DNA of 64,000 bases from Candidatus Poribacteria bacterium (GTDB lineage Bacteria; Poribacteria; WGA-4E; UBA9662). The stretch is from the NCBI GenBank assembly GCA_046582655.1, contig JAYGDX010000195.1, positions 1 through 64,000 on the forward strand, in the 5' to 3' direction. Made by a program: the position numbers and the translations under genes. Under the pieces are notes generated by a model, which saw only the letters and a list, made by a program, of their open reading frames with translations, ran no database searches and was not told the origin of the DNA. Below are positions 50,461 to 57,891 of the stretch, piece by piece (position 1 is the stretch's first letter; each line of letters begins with the position of its first letter).

Positions 50461-51864
50461 TTAACCGAACATATTTAATAAACTTGATGCTGATGCCATT
50501 AACTGGGAACCCGTAGATAAACTTGCACTCAGAAGTGCTTGTTGGGTTTGATATTCAATGAGCGCAGTTGTCATATCAATTTCTTCAACCTTCTGCAGAA
50601 AACCTTTTAGTCCCATGATCTGATCTTCAAGCCTAGATCGCATGGTATGAAGACGGTTGATCCTCGCACCAACCTCAGTTTGGTGCACAGTAACCTGTAC
50701 GGTCGTATGTTCCAGCATACGCGTCACATGACCGATAGGCCCCATTCCGCCGTTACGGACTGCATTCCGCAAGTCGATTAGATGATCAAAGACTCTTTGA
50801 AAAACGATGCTACCGGGAACACCTGTAGGAACAAACGAATTACGCCCAACACGCTCCTGTTTGGTTCCATTATCACCTGTATATCGAACACCAATAATAT
50901 CACCTATGCCAATTTCTTCATTCTTAAGAACTTCAGCACCTCTGGCTATAGAATAACTACGTTGCAAAGAGTGCTTCAACCTAATCACAGCCCGATTTTC
51001 GAGAATGTCTGTTTCCACACTTTCAACAAGTATATCTTCACCCCCATCAACATCCTGAATCCTGATTAGTTGGCCTGATTCAATCGTATTTAGCACCTGC
51101 TCCAATGGGAGTACTAAAGAACCTACAGCAGCGTCTCTGGTCAACGGTGTCACTATTGATCCGTCAGCATTTGAGATTTGCGCATTTCCATCAACGAAGT
51201 AAGGCCGTGTTAACTGTCCTGTCACCGTAATCACAGATCGGTCGCCGACAGTTTGGATTGATTCAATTAAAACTGTCTCACTTACGTCTCCACTAGATAA
51301 AACAATTTCGTCACCATCATTAAAATTACTGCCGTCGCCTGCAGAAACTTCTAAGGTGCGCAGTGACGGATCACTTAGAATGGCATATTGACGAGTGAAA
51401 GGTGTAGTCGATCCGCGCTGTGTTTCAAACGCTACACCTTCAGTTTTGGTTCCAGCAAATAGGGGGGTACCAGCAAAATCAATATTCACCATATCCAACA
51501 CGGACTCAATTAACTGACCGATCTCAGCGGCATAATATTTGTAATCACTAGAACTGTTGGTGTCAGACATGGCCATGTGAGCCAAGTCCTGTGCCCGAAA
51601 AAGAACGTCCGACACCCCTTGATAAGCCCCATTAGACACATTCATTAGCGCTTCTGAATGTTCGGTATTTGAGACAAACTGCTCACTTTGAGCAATGTTT
51701 GCTTTTAAATCCAGTATACGATTTGCGCGACCAGGATCTGCTGAAGGCTTATCAACCTTAAGACCCGTGGACAACTGCATTTGCGCTCTTTCTAAGGCTC
51801 CAAGCCGTAACTCAATTCTTTTTTTGAGATTATTTCCTATTGTCTGCAGCGTTACCTTTGGCAT
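50461..51864 (-). CDS. flgL: Hook-associated protein 3 (FlgL) with internal tandem repeat insertion
   Basis: QLSTGLKVDKPSADP, LFAGTKT, YTGDNG, VGARINRL, EEIDMTTAL; follows flgK. Confidence 0.88.
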   Translation of the reverse strand: MPKVTLQTIGNNLKKRIELRLGALERAQMQLSTGLKVDKPSADPGRANRILDLKANIAQSEQFVSNTEHSEALMNVSNGAYQGVSDVLFRAQDLAHMAMSDTNSSSDYKYYAAEIGQLIESVLDMVNIDFAGTPLFAGTKTEGVAFETQRGSTTPFTRQYAILSDPSLRTLEVSAGDGSNFNDGDEIVLSSGDVSETVLIESIQTVGDRSVITVTGQLTRPYFVDGNAQISNADGSIVTPLTRDAAVGSLVLPLEQVLNTIESGQLIRIQDVDGGEDILVESVETDILENRAVIRLKHSLQRSYSIARGAEVLKNEEIGIGDIIGVRYTGDNGTKQERVGRNSFVPTGVPGSIVFQRVFDHLIDLRNAVRNGGMGPIGHVTRMLEHTTVQVTVHQTEVGARINRLHTMRSRLEDQIMGLKGFLQKVEEIDMTTALIEYQTQQALLSASLSTGSQLMASASSLLNMFG

Positions 51865-51915
51865 TGTTCATATTCCTAAAATTTGATCTAAATTAAGATA
51901 TTTCAATGTAACTTG

Positions 51916-51953
51916 AATTTACGGTGGAGCCATAAATTTATCTTGGAGCCATA
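51916..51953. repeat. 19-bp tandem near-duplication of the flgK 3' end
   Basis: AATTTACGGTGGAGCCATA / AATTTATCTTGGAGCCATA (16/19 identical). Confidence 0.75.
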
Positions 51954-53416
51954 CGATTAATCACAGTATCTGTCATGCCATCTATGGTTGTCATCAGACG
52001 CGCGGCTGCTTGAAAAACGCTTTGAGCTATTAAGATATCGACCAATTCTTCATCAATAGAAACTCCGGAAATATCCTGATACCTCGACTCTAGCTGCTCC
52101 CTGATAAGTTCCGCACTGTTAAGTTGTCTGGCATTGGCCTGAGTACGCCCGCCAAAAGTAACAACAGAAGAATTATAAAAATCGAAGACGTTCAGCGTGT
52201 CATCTGCAAATAATAATTTATCGCGAACTTGCACAATTTGGTTTGCGGCGCTATTATCCCCTCGTGCACCGCTCTGACCAGCAGCGATATTATTTAAATT
52301 CGTTTTTATATCACCCGTAAGAGCAATGGTAGCAGCGGCACGCACAGGAGCCTCTAGAAGTACCTCTTCCGTACCCGAAACTACTGCTCCACTAGGAAGA
52401 TTGAATTGGAAGAAAGACCTACCTGATTCGCCATCCAAACCAGTGCCATTTTGGTGTGCAACATTGATTTCGCGTGAAAGCCTGTAGGCAACTTCATCAA
52501 GATTCTTCATGAGATCCGGTATAATTTCATCTTGTACGTTAAGCAGTCCACCGATTGCCCCCGCCTTAATCTGGACATCAGACAATCTCCTTATCCGGCT
52601 GACGACCACCTTTGACAATTGTATACTCCCACCTTCACTCTCCTTGCTCACAACCTGCAATTTATTAACTTCTTCCCGGCGAATAATTGCAACTCCACCC
52701 AAAAAAAGCGATACTGTTCCATCAGTATCCTCAAAAACTCTAATATCAGTCAGATCTGCAATTTCAGAAACAACACTATCACGCAAATCCATGAGATCGT
52801 GCGCGGCGAAAGGGCCAACTTTTGATCTCCCAATGTCCCTGTGAACTTCAGCCAGCTGTTCTAAAAGCGAATTCACTCGGTCAATCCGAATCTGAATATC
52901 TTCTGCAAAGCCTCCCTGTATTAATTCCAATTCCTCGTAGGCACTTCTCAGATCACCAGCTAAGGCTTCACCTTTGACACGCAACTCCGCGCGAAACGCG
53001 GGGTTAGGCGGTTCTTGGGCAAGAGCTTCCCAAGCATTAAAAAACTCGGATAAAGTGGAATTAAAACTGGACGAACCGGAAAACTCATTAAAAATAACTT
53101 CAAGACGACTTAATCCCAATTCCTCAGATTCCAAACGCCCTAACCTTTGATCAACTTGTCGAATCTGATTTTCAACAAAAACATCACGACGCCTAGTAAT
53201 GCTATTTAGAGAAACACCCGTACCCAGCTGAATTGCACGGCTGAAAGCAGAAGGTCCTCTATATGGCATACCGGGAGTCGGCCGAATAACAGCAACCTGA
53301 CGATGGTATTTTGGATCGCCCGCACTGGAAATGTTCTGCGAGCTAGTTTGAAGAGCAGACTGGTAAGCTTGCATGGTGCGCTTACCCATATCCAAGATAC
53401 TAAAAAGGTTCGACAT
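51938..53416 (-). CDS. flgK: Hook-associated protein 1 (FlgK)
   Basis: YHRQ, GTGV...ITRRRD, LMDLRD, SGVSIDEELV...FQAAARLM. Confidence 0.95.
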   Translation of the reverse strand: MSNLFSILDMGKRTMQAYQSALQTSSQNISSAGDPKYHRQVAVIRPTPGMPYRGPSAFSRAIQLGTGVSLNSITRRRDVFVENQIRQVDQRLGRLESEELGLSRLEVIFNEFSGSSSFNSTLSEFFNAWEALAQEPPNPAFRAELRVKGEALAGDLRSAYEELELIQGGFAEDIQIRIDRVNSLLEQLAEVHRDIGRSKVGPFAAHDLMDLRDSVVSEIADLTDIRVFEDTDGTVSLFLGGVAIIRREEVNKLQVVSKESEGGSIQLSKVVVSRIRRLSDVQIKAGAIGGLLNVQDEIIPDLMKNLDEVAYRLSREINVAHQNGTGLDGESGRSFFQFNLPSGAVVSGTEEVLLEAPVRAAATIALTGDIKTNLNNIAAGQSGARGDNSAANQIVQVRDKLLFADDTLNVFDFYNSSVVTFGGRTQANARQLNSAELIREQLESRYQDISGVSIDEELVDILIAQSVFQAAARLMTTIDGMTDTVINRMAPR

Positions 53417-53436
53417 ACATAACTCCTAATATGAAA

Positions 53437-53934
53437 CTAAATATGGTGATCGTACATTCCCTTACCTGCCGGCGGTCGTAAACTCCCATCATCTTCGTAG
53501 GTCTTGCCCGGCTCTTCAATCCGCGTAACTTGATCGATCAGGAAACTGACATACTCATGCTCGCTTTGCAGTAATTCCTTGTTGGTCGCGTTGATATACT
53601 CAAATTCTGTCTTTACACGTTGAACTTCATCAAAAACGTCAGTGAATCTAGATTTGAGGGGTCCTTCAGCTAGCTCAATCAACGTAGCTGCATCCAGGGA
53701 TTTAGGTCCGACATCGGGTAAAGCAGACAATTCAGCCAACAAATCGTCACGTTCTGATTCAATGTTATTAATGCTGTAAATTAGCTTTTCCTTTTCAGAA
53801 ATAAGATCGGCGAGATCTCCAATTTTCCTTTCAACCAGAACCTGCCGTTCCTGATAAAGCAACTCAAGAAGCTGATTATACTCCTCCAACTCATACCTAA
53901 CTAAGTTATACAGATTCAAAAGTTGTTCTTGCAT
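53437..53934 (-). CDS. flgN: Flagellar export chaperone FlgN
   Basis: Helical FlgN pattern ending N..LL...TY..G; directly upstream of flgK; start ATG 53934 lies downstream of the sigma28 promoter. Confidence 0.8.
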   Translation of the reverse strand: MQEQLLNLYNLVRYELEEYNQLLELLYQERQVLVERKIGDLADLISEKEKLIYSINNIESERDDLLAELSALPDVGPKSLDAATLIELAEGPLKSRFTDVFDEVQRVKTEFEYINATNKELLQSEHEYVSFLIDQVTRIEEPGKTYEDDGSLRPPAGKGMYDHHI

Positions 53935-53961
53935 ACTCAATATCCAATTGCTACAACCATA

Positions 53962-53988
53962 ATATCGACCCACAAGGCGCAAACTTTA
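53962..53988 (-). promoter_or_regulatory. sigma28 (FliA) promoter for flgN-flgK-flgL and downstream genes
   Basis: TAAAGTTT-N11-GTCGATAT versus consensus TAAAGTTT-N11-GCCGATAA. Confidence 0.8.
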
Positions 53989-54038
53989 TATATATAACTG
54001 TAGACAAAAGCCACTACATTATCAACGGCCATACCAAC

Positions 54039-54827
54039 TTATAATGTCATTCCAAGGCGGGCAAGCTGAATAGCGTTACCGATAGTGGCATCCTGAGCCA
54101 TCATCACTTTCTGATTGGCTTGATATGCACGTGTAATTGCGATTAAATTGACCATTTCAGTAACGACACTTACATTCGACATTTCAAGCGTGCTGGAGCG
54201 AATAGTTGGACTTTCGACTGGCTCGGCCGTCAGATTTGGATCCGAAGGAACAAACATACTATTACCAAGTTTCATGAGTTTATATGGTTTCAAAAAATCA
54301 ACAACCTGCAAACGATCTACAAACTCCCCATCCACTGATATATTACCTTCGGGATCAATATCCACTTCGCTACCAGTGATCTCAATTGGTCCTTTTTCTC
54401 CCAAAACCAAATGGCCCTCGGTGGTCACAAGCATGCTGTCAGCATTCAAGACGAAATTCCCATTTCGAGTATAGGCTTGGCCTACAGGAGCCTGGACTGT
54501 GAAAAACCCATCTCCGAAAACAGCCAGATCTAACGTATTTCCGGTATTTTTATAATTCGCTGATGCCACAAAATCGTGCGCAGTTTCAGCAAAATTTGCG
54601 CCAGCCCCCAATCTGCCAACAGCAGGCCGTGGGTCGACGATAAAGTTCTTCCCAATCCTGCGGGGGTCATTAATCCTGTTCAATAACACACTTGGAAAAG
54701 CCTTTGAAATTGGAATGTCTCTTTTATAACCTGATGTATTTACATTGGCCAAATTATTAGCGATGATATCCAGGCGCGAGGTTTCATTGAGCATTCCAGA
54801 CGCAGAAATAAACAACCCACGAGTCAT
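54039..54827 (-). CDS. flgF: Basal-body rod protein FlgF (FlgF/FlhO-like)
   Basis: IANNLANVNTSGYK, TGNTLDLAVFGDGFF, YTRNGNF, LEMSNVSVVTEMV. Confidence 0.8.
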   Translation of the reverse strand: MTRGLFISASGMLNETSRLDIIANNLANVNTSGYKRDIPISKAFPSVLLNRINDPRRIGKNFIVDPRPAVGRLGAGANFAETAHDFVASANYKNTGNTLDLAVFGDGFFTVQAPVGQAYTRNGNFVLNADSMLVTTEGHLVLGEKGPIEITGSEVDIDPEGNISVDGEFVDRLQVVDFLKPYKLMKLGNSMFVPSDPNLTAEPVESPTIRSSTLEMSNVSVVTEMVNLIAITRAYQANQKVMMAQDATIGNAIQLARLGMTL

Positions 54828-54847
54828 AAAAATCTTCCTTCTACAGA

Positions 54848-54887
54848 AATTAGTCCATGAAGATTATCTTAACTTCATGGACTAATT
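54848..54887. terminator. Perfect 15-bp stem hairpin between flgE and flgF (partial terminator or mRNA stabiliser)
   Basis: AATTAGTCCATGAAG-ATTATCTTAA-CTTCATGGACTAATT; only a short U tract on the coding strand. Confidence 0.6.
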
Positions 54888-54903
54888 CCTGAAATTTTTG
54901 AAG

Positions 54904-56529
54904 TTACCGTTTCAATCCCATGGCTTCAGTTAGAATATTATCCGCCGTGGTAATCACACGAGCATTGGCTTGGAATCCACGTTCAGTTGTGATCAGATCC
55001 GTAAACTCCTCTGTCAAATCAACGTTCGACATCTCAAGCGCACCAGAGGTGATTTCACCCATATTTCGGGTCCCAGCTGGAACGAAAGCAGGCGCACCTG
55101 ATGAAGGAGAAGTCGTCACCATGGTATCTGATAATACGGACAAACCTTCAGTATTCGGGATATCCGCAGCGGCAAGCTGGGCAATGGCCTTATTAACACC
55201 GTTAGAGAAAATACCATCAATTAATCCGGTGGCACTGATACTGAACGAGACTAAATTTCCCGGTCCGACACCATCTTGCCTTTGAGCAAGGGCATCATGA
55301 CTATCAGCAAACTGTGTCAAGTTTTGAAAATCGAGTCTGACTGCAAGTTCTCCCGCCCCAGAGGCGTTACCTTCAGCATCAATTGGCAGAACATTAATAT
55401 AAGCAACGCCAGGCTGTGCCATCGAAAATGAAGCGGTCTGGTTGTTAAATTGGAGTAACCCCGTATTAACCTTTTCATCATCATCGGTAACAATTTTGGC
55501 ATCGGTTATGTGCTCGCTTTCTATGCTCCACCTCCACGTCCCTGCAGGGTTTACGGTACCATCTTCCTGTATAGGCTCTTTGGTGAAAGTAATTTCAGCG
55601 TCGTGGCGTTGTCCTAGACCATCAAAAATACCAATCTCGGTTTTATGGAATTTCGAAATATACTCAAGCGAGGCAGTACCAGTCTTGATTTCCTCACCAA
55701 ATGTAAGGGTAACAAGTTGCCTGCCATCTTCATCTGCGAAGGTCACCTTGCCATCAGCATCGATTGGTACTGATGCATCTCCATCTAGAGAAGCTGTAAA
55801 GGTATCGGCTCCTTCCGCCCTTTCGACACGGACCTTGTGAGATCCTGGTCTTAAATTCCCACCATCTTTAGCTGGTGTAACAGAGCTTAGCAGGCCTGTG
55901 CCACCATCAGAAACAACTTCAACCGCGCCAGCTCTAGCATCTAAGTTGGACGCAAACTGAACAAACGAAGTTTTCCTTGATATCGAGCGCATGAATGGAA
56001 AGGAAATTGAGCTTATTGCGTCCGGATTGGCCGTGTTGACCTCACCTGTTACAGGATTCGCCTGCCAGCCTAGCACTTTATACCCATTTGGTCGATAAAT
56101 TAAATTGCCGTTTTGATCAATGCCGAAATTCCCATTCCTGGTGAACGCCCTGATGGAAGACGCTTTAATAGATCGGGACGTTTCTTTCTGAGCTTTTGTT
56201 CCTCCAGCAGGAACCTCCAAAACGAAGTGGCCTTTCCCGCGGAACATCAAATCAGTTGGCATATCAGTTGTCATCGCACTACCGTTTCTCTGTAACACGT
56301 CAATAGAACTAATTTGGGAACCCGTACCAACCGCTTGTGGGTTGACGCCCCCTCTATCTCCCTGCGCGGCTACCGCAGCTTTCAAAGTTTGTGAAAATGC
56401 CTCACGGAAAGTAACGCGAGATTTCTTGAACCCAATTGTGTTAATATTTGACAGGTTATGAGCAATAACATTGATCCTAGTTTGATGGTTTTTTAACCCA
56501 CTCAATCCTGCATAAAGTGCACCAATCAT
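54904..56529 (-). CDS. flgE: Flagellar hook protein FlgE
   Basis: IAHNLSNINTIGFKKSRVTF, TRNGNF, FDGLGQRH, GALEMSNVDLTEEFTDLITTERGFQANAR. Confidence 0.95.
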   Translation of the reverse strand: MIGALYAGLSGLKNHQTRINVIAHNLSNINTIGFKKSRVTFREAFSQTLKAAVAAQGDRGGVNPQAVGTGSQISSIDVLQRNGSAMTTDMPTDLMFRGKGHFVLEVPAGGTKAQKETSRSIKASSIRAFTRNGNFGIDQNGNLIYRPNGYKVLGWQANPVTGEVNTANPDAISSISFPFMRSISRKTSFVQFASNLDARAGAVEVVSDGGTGLLSSVTPAKDGGNLRPGSHKVRVERAEGADTFTASLDGDASVPIDADGKVTFADEDGRQLVTLTFGEEIKTGTASLEYISKFHKTEIGIFDGLGQRHDAEITFTKEPIQEDGTVNPAGTWRWSIESEHITDAKIVTDDDEKVNTGLLQFNNQTASFSMAQPGVAYINVLPIDAEGNASGAGELAVRLDFQNLTQFADSHDALAQRQDGVGPGNLVSFSISATGLIDGIFSNGVNKAIAQLAAADIPNTEGLSVLSDTMVTTSPSSGAPAFVPAGTRNMGEITSGALEMSNVDLTEEFTDLITTERGFQANARVITTADNILTEAMGLKR

Positions 56530-56552
56530 TTTATCATTTACCCCCTAATTTA

Positions 56553-56595
56553 TTATGAGCGCCCAACCCAATGCGTTTATGAGCGCCCAATGCGT
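56553..56595. repeat. Tandem duplication of the flgC 3' end
   Basis: TTATGAGCGCCCAA(CCCAA)TGCGT followed by TTATGAGCGCCCAATGCGT. Confidence 0.85.
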
Positions 56596-56987
56596 AAAGC
56601 ATCTCTTGCCATTATTTTTGCTGCATTAATTGCCTGAACATTCGCTTCATACGACCGAGTAGCTGTAATCATGTCCACCATTTCAGTAACCGTGTTCACA
56701 TTTGGCATGTGAACGTAACCATTTTCATCTGCATCCGGATGCCCGGGATCAAACTTGAGTTTCAATGGATTTGATAAGGACCGATCCTCTCGAATTCCAT
56801 TTGGTGGAATGTAAACTCCCTTCAAATTCGGCTTTGCCATATAGGTCACAAGCATCCTTCGAAATGGGCCTCCAGATTCAGTACGCGTGGTGTTTACATT
56901 TGCGATGTTATTCGCAATTACTTCCATCCGCGTCCTTTCTGCCGTTAAGCCAGATGCACTGGAGATGATTGCTGTTATAAAACTCAT
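56577..56987 (-). CDS. flgC: Basal-body rod protein FlgC
   Basis: SASGLTAERTRMEVIANNIAN, DPGHPDADENGYVHMPNVN, ATRSYEAN. Confidence 0.96.
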   Translation of the reverse strand: MSFITAIISSASGLTAERTRMEVIANNIANVNTTRTESGGPFRRMLVTYMAKPNLKGVYIPPNGIREDRSLSNPLKLKFDPGHPDADENGYVHMPNVNTVTEMVDMITATRSYEANVQAINAAKIMARDALRIGRS

Positions 56988-57001
56988 AAACCCCTTCCTA
57001 A

Positions 57002-57403
57002 CTATACAATTATGGCACTATCAATATTTGTAAAAACATTATCTTTCATGCGATCACTATCAACTACTGTTACGACTGTCCGGTTTTTGACACTTACAAT
57101 CATCGCAAGATCATCCATCAATAACAAAGAATCAGTTGCTCCCTTCTGCGAAGCGCGATCTATGGCCGACTCAATCTTGGCCATATCATTCGAGGTTAAA
57201 TTTATCTGTCGTACATCTAAACGTCCTTGAGCGTGAGCGCTGAATTGCACTCGCTGCCCTTGCTTATCCACCAAGCGCTGATTAAGCACTTTCTTGAAGG
57301 AAATGTTCCTGCTCTGCTTCCCTTTCGGCACTCTCGATAACGAAGGAGACTTTGCCTGCTCAACCGACTTATGTGCGTTTACTTCGTTAGTACGAACAGC
57401 CAT
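57002..57403 (-). CDS. TIGR02530-family flagellar operon protein
   Basis: VQFSAHAQGRL...KGATDSLLLMDDLAMIVSVKNRTVVT...NVFTNIDSA; follows flgD. Confidence 0.9.
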   Translation of the reverse strand: MAVRTNEVNAHKSVEQAKSPSLSRVPKGKQSRNISFKKVLNQRLVDKQGQRVQFSAHAQGRLDVRQINLTSNDMAKIESAIDRASQKGATDSLLLMDDLAMIVSVKNRTVVTVVDSDRMKDNVFTNIDSAIIV

Positions 57404-57417
57404 CTATTACGATAATC

Positions 57418-57876
57418 CTACATTTCCGTTTCTAATGTGTTAGTAGCAGATGACTCAGAAATAGTTTTCACTAGCGAAGCATCTATTTCTCGGCCATCAA
57501 CCAATAAGAACATTTGCCCATCTTCCCCCATCCGGATTGAGGAGACAATACCACCAATCAGATCACCGGAATTTCCCCCTCCTAACGGAGCGGCCTCGAC
57601 ATATTTGCCTAAGATTGTGCTTGCTTGCATTAGAGCCATGGCAGCAAAATTCTTATTTAGATTCTGCATTTGTTCAAGCGCACTAAATTCAGCCATTTGC
57701 GACACAAACTGTTGGTTGTCCATTGGCTCTAGCGGGTTTTGATGCTGCAACTGCGTCGTCAGTAGTTTCAAGAAAGCCTGTTTATCTAGTGAATCCTGTG
57801 TCCCCTTGACAGCATACGGATCATCCGTTTTCCCGATCAGGTCTGCAATGTTGAAACCAATTGGATTTATACCCAT
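57418..57876 (-). CDS. flgD: Hook capping protein FlgD
   Basis: LDKQAFLKLLTTQLQHQNPLEPMDNQQFVSQMAEFSALEQMQNLN; ATG 57876 with AGGAG RBS. Confidence 0.95.
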   Translation of the reverse strand: MGINPIGFNIADLIGKTDDPYAVKGTQDSLDKQAFLKLLTTQLQHQNPLEPMDNQQFVSQMAEFSALEQMQNLNKNFAAMALMQASTILGKYVEAAPLGGGNSGDLIGGIVSSIRMGEDGQMFLLVDGREIDASLVKTISESSATNTLETEM

Positions 57877-57891
57877 TCTCAATCTCCTATG

